A stretch of DNA of 64,000 nucleotides from Eledone cirrhosa (taxonomy: Eukaryota): the NCBI GenBank assembly GCA_964016885.1, contig OZ024743.1, positions 76,880,001 to 76,944,000 of the forward strand, in the 5' to 3' direction. The notes below the pieces were generated by a model. The model was given only the letters and a program-made list of their open reading frames with translations, did not search any database and was not told the DNA's origin. How positions within the stretch are numbered: position 1 is the first letter of the stretch; every line of letters starts with the position of its first letter. The position numbers and the translations under genes were made by a program. Below, piece by piece: positions 15,001-30,000 of the stretch.

Positions 15001-18000
15001 GTGTGATGTCTACTGTTAGAGAGACAGTGTGATGTTTACTGTTAAAGACAGTGTGATGTCTACTGTTAGAGACAGTGTGATGTCTACTGTTAGAGACAGT
15101 GTGATGTCTACTGTTAGAGACAGTGTGGTGTCTACCGTTAGAAAGACAGTGTGATGTCTACAGTTAGAGACAGTGTGATGTCTACTGTTAGAGAGACAGT
15201 GTGGTGTCTACTGTTAGAGACAGTGTGGTGTCTATTCTTAGAGAGACAGTGTGATGTCTACTGTTAGATACAGTGTGGTGTCTAGTGTTAGAGACAGTGT
15301 GATGTCTACTGTTAGAGAGACAGTGTGGTGTCTACTGTTAGAGACAGTGTGATGTCTACTGTTAGAGCGACAGTGTGATGTCTACTGTTAGAGACAGTGT
15401 GATGTCTACTGTTAGAGAGACAGTGTGGTGTCTACTGTTAGAGAGACAGTGTGATGTCTACTGTTAGAGAGACAGTGTGGTGTCTACTGTTAGAGAGACA
15501 GTGTGGTGTCTACTGTTAGAGAGACAGTGTGATGTCTACTGTTAGAGACAGTGTGATGTCTACTGTTAGAGACAGTGTGGTGTCTACTGTTAGAGAGACA
15601 GTGTGATGTCTACTGTTAGAGACAATGTGGTGTCTACTGTTAGAGACAGTGTGATGTCTAATGTTAGAGACAGTGTGGTGTCTACTGTTAGAGAGACAGT
15701 TTGATGTCTACTGTTAGAGACAGTGTGGTGTCTACTGTTAGAGACAGTGTGATGTCTATTGTTAGAGACAGTGTGTTGTCTACTGTTAAAGACAGTGTGG
15801 TGTCTACTGTTAGAGACAGTGTGGTGTCTACTGTTAGAGACAGTGTGGTGTCTACTGTTAGAGACAGTGTGATGTCTACTGTTAGAGAGACAGTGTGATC
15901 TCTACTGTTAGAGACAGTGTGACGTCTACTGCTAGAGACAGTGTGGTGTCTACTGTTAGAGACAGTGTGGTGTCTACTGTTAGAGAGACAGTGTGATGTC
16001 TACTGTTAGAGACTGTGTGGTGTCTACTGTTAGAGAGACAGTGTGGTGTCTACTGTTAGAGAGACAGTGTGATGTCTACTCTTAGAGAGACAGTGTGATA
16101 TCTACTGTTAGAGACAGTGTGATGTCTATTGTTAGAGACAGTATGATGTCTACTGTTAGAGACAGTGTGGTGTCTACTGTTAGAGACAGTGTGGTGTCTA
16201 CTGTTAGAGACAGTGTGGTGTCTACTGTTAGAGACCGTGTGACGTCTACTGTTAGAGACAGTGTGGTGTCTAGTGTTAGGGAGACAGTGTGATGTCTACT
16301 GTTAGAGACAGTGTGATGTCTACTGTTAGAGACAGTGTGGTGTCTACTGTTAGGGAGACAGTGTGATGTCTACTGTTAGAGACAGTGTGATGTCTGCTGT
16401 TAGAGACAGTGTGGTGTCTACTGTTAGAGAGACAGTGTGATGTCTACTGTTAGAGACAGTGTGATGTCTATTGTTAGAGACAGTGTGATGTCTACTGTTA
16501 GAGACAGTGTGGTGTCTACTGTTAGAGACAGTGTGGTGTCTACAGTTAGAGACAGTGTGGTGTCTACTGTTAGAGACAGTGTGATGTCTACTGTTAGAGA
16601 CAGTGTGATGTCTACTGTTAGAGAGACAGTGTGGTGTCTACTGTTAGAGACAGTGTGATGTCTACTGTTAGAGACAGTGTGATGTCTAGTGTTAGAGAGA
16701 CAGTGTGATGTCTACTGTTAGAGAGACAGTGTGTTGTCTACTGTTAGAGAGACAGTGTGATGTCTACTTTTAGAGAGACAGTGTGGTGTCTACTGTTAGA
16801 GACAGTGTGTTGTCTACTGTTAGAGAGACAGTGTGATGTCTACTTTTAGAGAGACAGTGTGGTGTCTACTGTTAGAGAGACAGTGTGATGTCTACTGTTA
16901 GAGACAGTGTGATGTCTACTGTTAGAGAGACAGTGTGGTGTCTACTGTTAGAGAGACAGTGTGATGTCTACTCTTAGAGAGACAGTGTGATGTCTACTGT
17001 TAGATACAGTGTGATGTCTACTGTTAGAGACAGTGTGGTGTCTACTGTTAGAGACAGTGTGATGTCTACTGTTAGAGAGACAGTGGGGTGTCTATTGTTA
17101 AAGACAGTGTGGTGTCTACTGTTAAAGACAGTGTGTTGTGTACTGTTAGAGAGACAGTGTGGTGTCTACTGTTAGAGACAGTGTAATGTTTACTGTTAGA
17201 GAGACAGTGTGGTGTCTACTGTTAGAGACAGTGTGATGTCTACTGTTAGAGACAGTGTGGTGTCTACTGTTAGAGAGACAGTGTGGTGTCTACTGTTAGA
17301 GACAGTGTGATGTCTACTGTTAGAGACAGTGTGATGTCTACTGTTATAGACAGTGTGGTGTCTACTGTTAGAGAGACAATGTGATGTCTACTGTTAGAGA
17401 CAGTGTGATGTCTACTGTTAGAGAGAGTGTGGTGTCTACTGTTAGAGACAGTATGATGTCTACTGTTAGAGAGACAGTGTGATGTCTACTGTTAGAGACA
17501 GTGTGATGTCTACTGTTAGAAACAGTGTGGTGTCTACTCTTACAGAGACAGTGTGGTGTCTACTGTTAGAGACAGTGTGATGTCTACTGTTAGAGACAGT
17601 GTGATGTCTACTGTTAGAGAGAAAGTGTGATGTCTACTGTTAGAGAGACAGTGTGGTGTCTACTGTTAGAGAGACAATGTGATGTCTACTGTTAGAGACA
17701 GTGTGATGTCTACTGTTAGAGAGAGAGTGTGATGTCTACTGTTAGAGACAGTGTGGTGTCTACTTTTAGAGACAGTGTGATGTCTACTGTTAGAGAGACA
17801 GTGTGATGTCTACTGTTAGAGACTGTGTGATGTCTACTGTTAGAGACAGTGTGGTGTCTACTGTTAGAGAGACAGTGTGGTGTCTACTGTTAGAGACAGT
17901 GTGATGTCTACTGTTAGAGACAGTGTGATGTCTACTGATAGAGAGACAGTGTGATGTCTACTGTTAGAGACAGTGTGATGTCTACTGTTAGAGAGACAGT

Positions 18001-21000
18001 GTGGTGTCTACTGTTAGAGACAGTGTGATGTCTACTGTTAGAGAGACAGTGTGATGTCTACTGTTAGAGAGAGTGTGGTGTCTACTGTTAGAGACAGTGT
18101 GATGTCTACTGTTAGAGAGACAGTGTGATGTCTACTGTTAGAGACAGTGTGGTGTCTACTCTTAGAGAGACAGTGTGATGTCTACTGTTAGAGACAGTGT
18201 GGTGTCTACTCTTAGAGAGACAGTGTGATGTCTACTGTTAGAGACAGTGTGATGTCTACTGTTAGAGACAGTGTGGTGTCTACTGTTAGAGAGACAGTGT
18301 GGTGTCTACTGTTAGAGACAGTGTGGTGTCTACTGTTAGAGACAGTGTGATGTCTACTGTTAGAGACAGTGTGATATCTACTGTTAGAGACAGTGTGATG
18401 TTTACTGTTAAAGACAGTGTGATGTCTACTGTTTGAGACAGTGTGATGTCTACTGTTAGAGTGACAGTGTGATGTCTACTGTTAGAGACAGTGTGATGTC
18501 TACTGTTAAAGACAGTGTGGTGTCTACTGTTAGAGAGACAGTGTGATGTCTACTGTTAGAGACAGTGTGATGTCCATTGTTAGAGACAGTGTGATGTCTA
18601 CTGTTAGAGACAGTGTGGTGTCTACTGTTAGAGACAGTGTGGTGTCTACTGTTAGACACAGTGTGGTGTCTACTGTTAGAGACAGTGTGATGTCTCCTGT
18701 TAGAGAGGCAGTGTGATGTCTACTGTTAGAGAGACAGTGTGGTGTCTACTGTTAAATAGACAGTGTGATGTCTACTGTTAGAGACAGTGTGATGTCTACT
18801 GTTAGAGAGACAGTGTGATGTCTACTGTTAGAGAGAATGTGGTGTCTACTGTTAGAGACAGTGTGATGTCTACTGTTAGAGAGACAGTGTGATGTCTACT
18901 GTTAGAGACAGTGTGGTGTATACTGTTAGAGAGACAGTGTGGTGTCTACTGTTAGAGAGACAGTGTGATGTCTACTATTAGAGACAGTGTGACGTCTACT
19001 GCTAGAGACAGTGTGGTGTCTACTGTTAGAGACAGTGTGGTGTCTACTGTTAGAGAGACAGTGTGATGTCTACTGTTAGAGAGAATGTGGTGTCTACTGT
19101 TAGAGACAGTGTGATGTCTACTGTTAGAGAGACAGTGTGATGTCTACTGTTAGAGACAGTGTGGTGTCTACTGTTAGAGAGACAGTGTGATGTCTACTGT
19201 TAGAGCGACAGTGTGATGTCTACTGTTAGAGACAGTGTGGTGTCTACTGTTAGAGAGACAGTGTTATGTCTACTGTTAGAGACAGTGTGATGTCTACTGT
19301 TAGAGACAGTGTGGTTTCTACTGTTAGAGAGACAGTGTGATGTCTACTGTTAGAGAGACAGTGTGGTGTCTACTGTTAGAGACAGTGTGATGTCTACTGT
19401 TAGAGAGACAGTGTGATGTCTACTCTTAGAGAGACAGTGTGATGTCTACTGTTAGATACAGTGTGGTGTCTAGTGTTAGAGACAGTGTGATGTCTACTGT
19501 TAGAGAGACAGTGTGGTGTCTACTGTTAGAGACAGTGTGGTGTCTACTGTTAGAGACAGTGTGATGTCTACTGTTAGAGAGACAGTGTGGTGTCTACTGT
19601 TAGAGACAGTGTGGTGTCTACTGTTAGAGAGACAGTGTGGTGTCTACTGTTAGAGAGACAGTGTGATGTCTACTGTTAGAGAGACAGTGTGGGGTCTACT
19701 GTTAGAGACAGTGTGATGTCTACTGTTAGAGAGACAGTGTGATGTCTACTCTTAGAGAGACAGTGTGATGTCTACTGTTAGATACAGTGTGGTGTCTAGT
19801 GTTAGAGACAGTGTGATATCTACTGTTAGAGAGACAGTGTGGTGTCTACTGTTAGAGACAGTGTGGTGTCTACTGTTAGAGACAGTGTGATGTCTACTGT
19901 TAGAGAGACAGTGTGGTGTCTACTGTTAGAGACAGTGTGATGTCTACTGTTAGAGACAGTGTGATGTCTACTGTTAGAGAGACAGTGTGATCTCTACTGT
20001 TAGAGACAGTGTGATGTCTACTGTTAGAGAGACAGTGTGGTGTCTACTGTTAGAGAGACAGTGTGGTGTCTACTGTTAGAGACAGTGTGATGTCTACTGT
20101 TAGAGACAGTGTGATGTCTACTGTTAAAGCGACAGTGTGATGTCTACTGTTAGAGACAGTGTGGTGTCTACTGTTAGAGAGACAGTGTGATGTCTACTGT
20201 TAGAGACAGTGTGATGTCTACTGTTAGAGACAGTGTGTTGTCTACTTTTAGAGAGACAGTGTGGTGTCTACTGTTAGAGACAGTGTGATGTCTACTGTTA
20301 GAGCGACAGTGTGATGTCTACTGTTAGAGACAGTGTTGTGTCTTCTGTTAGAGACAGTGTGATGTCTACTGTTAGAGACAGTGAGATGTCTACTGTTAGA
20401 GAGACAGTGTGATGTCTACTGTTAGAGACAGTGTGATGTCTATTGTTAGAGAGACAGTGTGGTGTCTACTGTTAGAGACAGTGCGATGTCTACTGTTAGA
20501 GACAGTGTGATGTCTACTCTTAGAGAGACAGTGTGATGTCTACTGTTAGATACAGTGTGGTGTCTAGTGTTAGAGACAGTGTGATGTCTAATGTTAGAGA
20601 CAGTGTGGTGTCTACTGTTAGAGAGACAGTGTGATGTCTACTGTTAGAGACAGTGTGGTGTCTAGTGTTAGAGACAGTGTGGTGTCTACTGTTAGAGAGA
20701 CAGTGTGATGTCTACTGTTAGAGACACAGTTTGATGTCTACTGTTAGAGACAGTGTGGTGTCTACTGTTAGAGACAGTGTGATGTCTATTGTTAGAGACA
20801 GTGTGTTGTCTACTGTTAGAGACAGTGTGGTGTCTACTGTTAGAGACAGTGTGGTGTCTACTGTTAGAGACAGTGTGATGTCTACTGTTAGAGAGACAGT
20901 GTGGTGTCTACTGTTAGAGAGACAGTGTGATGTCTACTGTTAGAGACAGTGTGACGTCTACTGCTAGAGACAGTGTGGTGTCTACTGTTAGAGACAGTGT

Positions 21001-24000
21001 GGTGTCTACTGTTAGAGACAGTGTGGTGTCTACTGTTAGAGAGACAGTGTGATGTCTACTGTTAGAGACAGTGTGATGTCTACTGTTAGAGACAGTGTGA
21101 CGTCTACTGCTAGAGACAGTGTGGTGTCTACTGTTAGAGACAGTGTGGTGTCTACTGTTAGAGACAGTGTGGTGTCTACTGTTAGAGGGACAGTGTGATG
21201 TCTACTGTTAGAGACAGTGTGGTGTCTACTGTTAGAGAGACAGTGTGATGTCTACTGTTAGAAACAGTGTGGTGTCTACTGTTAGAGACAGTGTGATGTC
21301 TACTGTTAGAGACAGTGTGGTGTCTACTGTTAGAGAGACAGTGTGATGTCTACTGTTAGAGACAGTGTGATGTCTACTGTTAGAGAGACAGTGTGGTTTC
21401 TACTGTTAGAGAGACAGTGTGATGTCTACTGTTAGAGACAGTGTGATGTCTACTGTTAGAGAGACAGTGTGATGTCTACTGTTAGAAACAGTGTGGTGTC
21501 TACTGTTAGAGACAGTGTGATGTCTACTGTTAGAGACAGTGTGGTGTCTACTGTTAGAGAGACAGTGTGATGTCTACTGTTAGAGACAGTGTGATGTCTA
21601 CTGTTAGAGCGACAGTGTGATGTCTACTGTTAGAGACAGTGTGGTGTCTACTTTTAGAGAGACAGTGTGGTGTCTACTGTTAGAGACAGTGTGATGTCTA
21701 CTGTTAGAGAGACAGTGTGGTGTCTATTGTTAGAGAGACAGTGTGATGTCTACTGTTAGAGAGACAGTGTGATGTCTACTGTTAGAGACAGTGTGATGTC
21801 TACTGTTAGAGAGACAGTGTGGTGGCTACTGTTAGAGACAGTGTGATGTCTACTGTTAGAGACAGTGTGATATCTACTGTTAGAGAGACAGTGTGATGTC
21901 TACTGTTAGAGACAGTGTGGTGTCTACTGTTAGAGAGACAGTGTGCTGTCTACTGTTAGAGACAGTGTGATGTCTACTGTTAGAGACAGTGTGATGTTTA
22001 CTGTTAGAGACAGTGTGGTGTCTACTGTTAGAGACAGTGTGGTGTCTACTGTTAGAGAGACAGTGTGGTGTCTACTGTTAGAGACAGTGTGTTGTCTACT
22101 GTTAGAGACAGTGTGATGTCTACTGTTATAGACAGTGTGGTATCTACTGTTAGAGAGACAATGTGATGTCTACTGTTAGAGACAGTGTGATGTCTACTGT
22201 TAGAGAGACAGTGTGATGTCTACTGTTAGAGAGACAGTGTGATGTCTACTGTTAGAGAGACAGTGTGATGTCTGCTGTTAGAGACAGTGTGATGTCTACT
22301 GTTAGAGAGACAGTGTGATGTCTACTGTTAGAGACAGTGTGATGTCTACTGTTAGAGACAGTGTGGTGTCTACTGTTAGAGACAGTATGATGTCTACTGT
22401 TAGAGAGACAGTGTGATGTCTACTGTTAGAGACAGTGTGATGTCTACTGTTAGAAACAGTGTGGTGTCTACTCTTACAGAGACAGTGTGGTGTCTACTGT
22501 TAGAGACAGTGTGGTGTCTACTGTTAGAGACAGTGTGATGTCTACTGTTAGAGAGACAGTGTGGTGTCTACTGTTAAAGACAGTGTGGTGTCTACTGTTA
22601 AAGACAGTGTGGTGTCTACTGTTAGAGACAGTGTGATGTTTACTGTTAGAGAGACAGTGTGGTGTCTACTGTTAGAGACAGTGTGATGTCTACTGTTAGA
22701 GACAGTGTGATGTCTACTGTTAGAGAGACAGTGTGGTGTCTACTGTTAGAGACAGTGTGGTGTCTACTGTTAGAGACAGTGTGATGTCTACTGTTAGAGA
22801 GACAGTGTGATGTCTACTGTTAGAGACAGTGTGATGTCTACTGTTAGAGAGACAGTGTGGTGTCTACTGTTAGAGAGACAGTGTGATGTCTACTGTTAGA
22901 GACAGTGTGCTGTCTACTGTTAGAGACAGTGTGGTGTCTACTGTTAGAGAGACAGTGTGGTGTCTACTGTTAGAGACAGTGTGATGTCTACTGTTAGAAA
23001 CAGTGTGGTGTCTACTCTTACAGAGACAGTGTGGTGTCTACTGTTAGAGACAGTGTGGTTTCTACTGTTAGAGACAGTGTGATGTCTACTGTTAGAGAGA
23101 CAGTGTGGTGTCTACTGTTAAAGACAGTGTGGTGTCTACTGTTAGAGACAGTGTGATATTTACTGTTAGAGACAGTGTGGTGTCTACTGTTAGAGATAGT
23201 GTGGTGTCTACCGTTAGAAAGACAGTGTGATGTCTACAGTTAGAGACAGTGTGATTTCTACTGTTAGAGAGACAGTGTGATGTCTACTGTTAGAGAGACA
23301 GTGTGGTGTCTACTGTTAGAGACAGTGTGGTGTCTATTCTTAGAGAGACAGTGTGATGTCTACTGTTAGATACAGTGTGGTGTCTAGTGTTAGAGACAGT
23401 GTGATGTCTACTGTTAGAGAGACAGTGTGGTGTCTACTGTTAGAGACAGTGTGATGTCTACTGTTAGAGCGACAGTGTGATGTCTACTGTTAGAGACAGT
23501 GTGATGTCTACTGTTAGAGAGACAGTGTGGTGTCTACTGTTAGAGAGACAGTGTGATGTCTACTGTTAGTGAGACAGTGTGGTGTCTACTGTTAGAGAGA
23601 CAGTGTGGTGTCTACTGTTAGAGAGACAGTGTGATGTCTACTGTTAGAGACAGTGTGATGTCTACTGTTAGAGACAGTGTGGTGTCTACTGTTAGAGAGA
23701 CAGTGTGATGTCTACTGTTAGAGACAATGTGGTGTCTACTGTTAGAGACAGTGTGATGTCTAATGTTAGAGACAGTGTGGTGTCTACTGTTAGAGAGACA
23801 GTTTGATGTCTACTGTTAGAGACAGTGTGGTGTCTACTGTTAGAGACAGTGTGATGTCTATTGTTAGAGACAGTGTGTTGTCTACTGTTAAAGACAGTGT
23901 GGTGTCTACTGTTAGAGACAGTGTGGTGTCTACTGTTAGAGACAGTGTGGTGTCTACTGTTAGAGACAGTGTGATGTCTACTGTTAGAGAGACAGTGTGA

Positions 24001-27000
24001 TCTCTACTGTTAGAGACAGTGTGACGTCTACTGCTAGAGACAGTGTTGTGTCTACTGTTAGAGACAGTGTGGTGTCTACTGTTAGAGAGACAGTGTGATG
24101 TCTACTGTTAGAGACTGTGTGGTGTCTACTGTTAGAGAGACAGTGTGGTGTCTACTGTTAGAGAGACAGTGTGATGTCTACTCTTAGAGAGACAGTGTGA
24201 TATCTACTGTTAGAGACAGTGTGATGTCTATTGTTAGAGACAGTATGATGTCTACTGTTAGAGACAGTGTGGTGTCTACTGTTAGAGACAGTGTGGTGTC
24301 TACTGTTAGAGACCGTGTGACGTCTACTGTTAGAGACAGTGTGGTGTCTAGTGTTAGGGAGACAGTGTGATGTCTACTGTTAGAGAGAAAGTGTGATGTC
24401 TACTGTTAGAGAGACAGTGTGGTGTCTACTGTTAGGGAGACAGTGTGATGTCTACTGTTAGAGACAGTGTGGTGTCTACTGTTAGAGAGACAGTGTGATG
24501 TCTACTGTTAGAGACAGTGTGATGTCTATTGTTAGAGACAGTGTGATGTCTACTGTTAGAGACAGTGTGGTGTCTACTGTTAGAGACAGTGTGGTGTCTA
24601 CAGTTAGAGACAGTGTGGTGTCTACTGTTAGAGACAGTGTGATGTCTACTGTTAGAGACAGTGTGATGTCTACTGTTAGAGAGACAGTGTGGTGTCTACT
24701 GTTAGAGACAGTGTGATGTCTACTGTTAGAGACAGTGTGATGTCTACTGTTAGAGAGACAGTGTGATGTCTACTGTTAGAGAGACAGTGTGTTGTCTACT
24801 GTTAGAGAGACAGTGTGATGTCTACTTTTAGAGAGACAGTGTGGTGTCTACTGTTAGAGACAGTGTGATGTCTACTGTTAGAGAGACAGTGTGATGTCTA
24901 CTGTTAGAGACAGTGTGGTGTCTACTGTTAGAGAGACAGTGGGGTGTCTATTGTTAAAGACAGTGTGGAGTCTACTGTTAAAGACAGTGTGGTGTGTACT
25001 GTTAGAGAGACAGTGTGGTGTCTACTGTTAGAGACAGTGTAATGTTTACTGTTAGAGAGACAGTGTGGTGTCTACTGTTAGAGACAGTGTGATGTCTACT
25101 GTTAGAGACAGTGTGGTGTCTACTGTTAGAGAGACGGTGTGGTGTCTACTGTTAGAGACAGTGTGATGTCTACTGTTAGAGACAGTGTGATGTCTACTGT
25201 TATAGACAGTGTGGTGTCTACTGTTAGAGAGACAATGTGATGTCTACTGTTAGAGACAGTGTGATGTCTACTGTTAGAGACAGTGTGGTGTCTACTGTTA
25301 GAGACAGTATGATGTCTACTGTTAGAGAGACAGTGTGATGTCTACTGTTAGAGACAGTGTGATGTCTACTGTTAGAAACAGTGTGGTGTCTACTCTTACA
25401 GAGACAGTGTGGTGTCTACTGTTAGAGACAGTGTGATGTCTACTGTTAGAGACAGTGTGATGTCTACTGTTAGAGAGAAAGTGTGATGTCTACTGTTAGA
25501 GAGACAGTGTGGTGTCTACTGTTAGAGAGACAATGTGATGTCTACTGTTAGAGACAGTGTGATGTCTACTGTTAGAGAGAGAGTGTGATGTCTACTGTTA
25601 GAGACAGTGTGGTGTCTACTTTTAGAGACAGTGTGATGTCTACTGTTAGAGAGACAGTGTGATGTCTACTGTTAGAGACTGTGTGATGTCTACTGTTAGA
25701 GACAGTGTGGTGTCTACTGTTAGAGAGACAGTGTGGTGTCTACTGTTAGAGACAGTGTGATGTCTACTGTTAGAGACAGTGTGATGTCTACTGATAGAGA
25801 GACAGTGTGATGTCTACTGTTAGAGACAGTGTGATGTCTACTGTTAGAGAGACAGTGTGGTGTCTACTGTTAGAGACAGTGTGATGTCTACTGTTAGAGA
25901 GACAGTGTGATGTCTACTGTTAGAGTGAGTGTGGTGTCTACTATTAGAGACAGTGTGATGTCTACTGTTAGAGAGACAGTGTGATGTCTACTGTTAGAGA
26001 CAGTGTGGTGTCTACTCTTAGAGAGACAGTGTGATGTCTACTGTTAGAGACAGTGTGGTGTCTACTCTTAGAGAGACAGTGTGATGTCTACTGTTAGAGA
26101 CAGTGTGATGTCTACTGTTAGAGACAGTGTGGTGTCTACTGTTAGAGAGACAGTGTGGTGTCTACTGTTAGAGACAGTGTGGTGTCTACTGTTAGAGACA
26201 GTGTGATGTCTACTGTTAGAGACAGTGTGATATCTACTGTTAGAGACAGTGTGATGTTTACTGTTAAAGACAGTGTGATGTCTACTGTTTGAGACAGTGT
26301 GATGTCTACTGTTAGAGTGACAGTGTGATGTCTACTGTTAGAGACAGTGTGATGTCTACTGTTAAAGACAGTGTGGTGTCTACTGTTAGAGAGACAGTGT
26401 GATATCTACTGTTAGAGACAGTGTGATGTCCATTGTTAGAGACAGTGTGATGTCTACTATTAGAGACAGTGTGGTGTCTACTGTTAGAGACAGTGTGGTG
26501 TCTACTGTTAGAGACAGTGTGGTGTCTACTGTTAGAGACAGTGTGATGTCTACTGTTAGAGAGGCAGTGTGATGTCTACTGTTAGAGAGACAGTGTGGTG
26601 TCTACTGTTAAATAGACAGTGTGATGTCTACTGTTAGAGACAGTGTGATGTCTACTGTTAGAGAGACAGTGTGATGTCTACTGTTAGAGAGAATGTGGTG
26701 TCTACTGTTAGAGACAGTGTGATGTCTACTGTTAGAGAGACAGTGTGATGTCTACTGTTAGAGACAGTGTGGTGTCTACTGTTAGAGAGACAGTGTGGTG
26801 TCTACTGTTAGAGAGACAGTGTGATGTCTACTGTTAGAGACAGTGTGACGTCTACTGCTAGAGACAGTGTGGTGTCTACTGTTAGAGACAGTGTGGTGTC
26901 TACTGTTAGAGAGACAGTGTGATGTCTACTGTTAGAGAGAATGTGGTGTCTACTGTTAGAGACAGTGTGATGTCTACTGTTAGAGAGACAGTGTGATGTC

Positions 27001-30000
27001 TACTGTTAGAGACAGTGTGGTGTCTACTGTTAGAGAGACAGTGTGATGTCTACTGTTAGAGACAATGTGGTGTCTACTGTTAGAGACAGTGTGATGTCTA
27101 ATGTTAGAGACAGTGTGGTGTCTACTGTTAGAGAGACAGTTTGATGTCTACTGTTAGAGACAGTGTGGTGTCTACTGTTAGAGACAGTGTGATGTCTATT
27201 GTTAGAGACAGTGTGTTGTCTACTGTTAAAGACAGTGTGGTGTCTACTGTTAGAGACAGTGTGGTGTCTACTGTTAGAGACAGTGTGGTGTCTACTGTTA
27301 GAGACCGTGTGACGTCTACTGTTAGAGACAGTGTGGTGTCTAGTGTTAGGGAGACAGTGTGATGTCTACTGTTAGAGACAGTGTGATGTCTACTGTTAGA
27401 GACAGTGTGGTGTCTACTGTTAGGGAGACAGTGTGATGTCTACTGTTAGAGACAGTGTGATGTCTACTGTTAGAGACAGTGTGGTGTCTACTGTTAGAGA
27501 GACAGTGTGATGTCTACTGTTAGAGACAGTGTGATGTCTATTGTTAGAGACAGTGTGATGTCTACTGTTAGAGACAGTGTGGTGTCTACTGTTAGAGACA
27601 GTGTGGTGTCTACAGTTAGAGACAGTGTGGTGTCTACTGTTAGAGACAGTGTGATGTCTACTGTTAGAGACAGTGTGATGTCTACTGTTAGAGAGACAGT
27701 GTGGTGTCTACTGTTAGAGACAGTGTGATGTCTACTGTTAGAGACAGTGTGATGTCTACTGTTAGAGAGACAGTGTGATGTCTACTGTTAGAGAGACAGT
27801 GTGTTGTCTACTGTTAGAGAGACAGTGTGATGTCTACTTTTAGAGAGACAGTGTGGTGTCTACTGTTAGAGACAGTGTGATGTCTACTGTTAGAGAGACA
27901 GTGTGATGTCTACTGTTAGAGACAGTGTGGTGTCTACTGTTAGAGAGACAGTGGGGTGTCTATTGTTAAAGACAGTGTGGAGTCTACTGTTAAAGACAGT
28001 GTGGTGTGTACTGTTAGAGAGACAGTGTGGTGTCTACTGTTAGAGACAGTGTAATGTTTACTGTTAGAGAGACAGTGTGGTGTCTACTGTTAGAGACAGT
28101 GTGATGTCTACTGTTAGAGACAGTGTGGTGTCTACTGTTAGAGAGACGGTGTGGTGTCTACTGTTAGAGACAGTGTGATGTCTACTGTTAGAGACAGTGT
28201 GATGTCTACTGTTATAGACAGTGTGGTGTCTACTGTTAGAGAGACAATGTGATGTCTACTGTTAGAGACAGTGTGGTGTCTACTGTTAGAGACAGTATGA
28301 TGTCTACTGTTAGAGAGACAGTGTGATGTCTACTGTTAGAGACAGTGTGATGTCTACTGTTAGAAACAGTGTGGTGTCTACTCTTACAGAGACAGTGTGG
28401 TGTCTACTGTTAGAGACAGTGTGATGTCTACTGTTAGAGACAGTGTGATGTCTACTGTTAGAGAGAAAGTGTGATGTCTACTGTTAGAGAGACAGTGTGG
28501 TGTCTACTGTTAGAGAGACAATGTGATGTCTACTGTTAGAGACAGTGTGATGTCTACTGTTAGAGAGAGAGTGTGATGTCTACTGTTAGAGACAGTGTGG
28601 TGTCTACTTTTAGAGACAGTGTGATGTCTACTGTTAGAGAGACAGTGTGATGTCTACTGTTAGAGACTGTGTGATGTCTACTGTTAGAGACAGTGTGGTG
28701 TCTACTGTTAGAGAGACAGTGTGGTGTCTACTGTTAGAGACAGTGTGATGTCTACTGTTAGAGACAGTGTGATGTCTACTGATAGAGAGACAGTGTGATG
28801 TCTACTGTTAGAGACAGTGTGATGTCTACTGTTAGAGAGACAGTGTGGTGTCTACTGTTAGAGACAGTGTGATCTCTACTGTTAGAGAGACAGTGTGATG
28901 TCTACTGTTAGAGTGAGTGTGGTGTCTACTATTAGAGACAGTGTGATGTCTACTGTTAGAGAGACAGTGTGATGTCTACTGTTAGAGACAGTGTGGTGTC
29001 TACTCTTAGAGAGACAGTGTGATGTCTACTGTTAGAGACAGTGTGGTGTCTACTCTTAGAGAGACAGTGTGATGTCTCCTGTTAGAGACAGTGTGATGTC
29101 TACTGTTAGAGACAGTGTGGTGTCTACTGTTAGAGAGACAGTGTGGTGTCTACTGTTAGAGACAGTGAGGTGTCTACTGTTAGAGACAGTGTGATGTCTA
29201 CTGTTAGAGACAGTGTGATATCTACTGTTAGAGACAGTGTGATGTTTACTGTTAAAGACAGTGTGATGTCTACTGTTTGAGACAGTGTGATGTCTACTGT
29301 TAGAGTGACAGTGTGATGTCTACTGTTAGAGACAGTGTGATGTCTACTGTTAAAGACAGTGTGGTGTCTACTGTTAGAGAGACAGTGTGATGTCTACTGT
29401 TAGAGACAGTGTGATGTCCATTGTTAGAGACAGTGTGATGTCTACTATTAGAGACAGTGTGGTGTCTACTGTTAGAGACAGTGTGGTGTCTACTGTTAGA
29501 GACAGTGTGGTGTCTACTGTTAGAGACAGTGTGATGTCTACTGTTAGAGAGGCAGTGTGATGTCTACTGTTAGAGAGACAGTGTGGTGTCTACTGTTAAA
29601 TAGACAGTGTGATGTCTACTGTTAGAGACAGTGTGATGTCTACTGTTAGAGAGACAGTGTGATGTCTACTGTTAGAGAGAATGTGGTGTCTACTGTTAGA
29701 GACAGTGTGATGTCTACTGTTAGAGAGACAGTGTGATGTCTACTGTTAGAGACAGTGTGGTGTCTACTGTTAGAGAGACAGTGTGGTGTCTACTGTTAGA
29801 GAGACAGTGTGATGTCTACTGTTAGAGACAGTGTGACGTCTACTGCTAGAGACAGTGTGGTGTCTACTGTTAGAGACAGTGTGGTGTCTACTGTTAGAGA
29901 GACAGTGTGATGTCTACTGTTAGAGAGAATGTGGTGTCTACTGTTAGAGACAGTGTGATGTCTACTGTTAGAGAGACAGTGTGATGTCTACTGTTAGAGA

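Noticed and set aside
16270-16360. Telomeric origin of the satellite (TTAGAG, occasional TTAGGG)
   Set aside because: Only isolated single-base variants occur, with no tandem TTAGGG, and the TTAGAG-bearing strand runs toward unique sequence.
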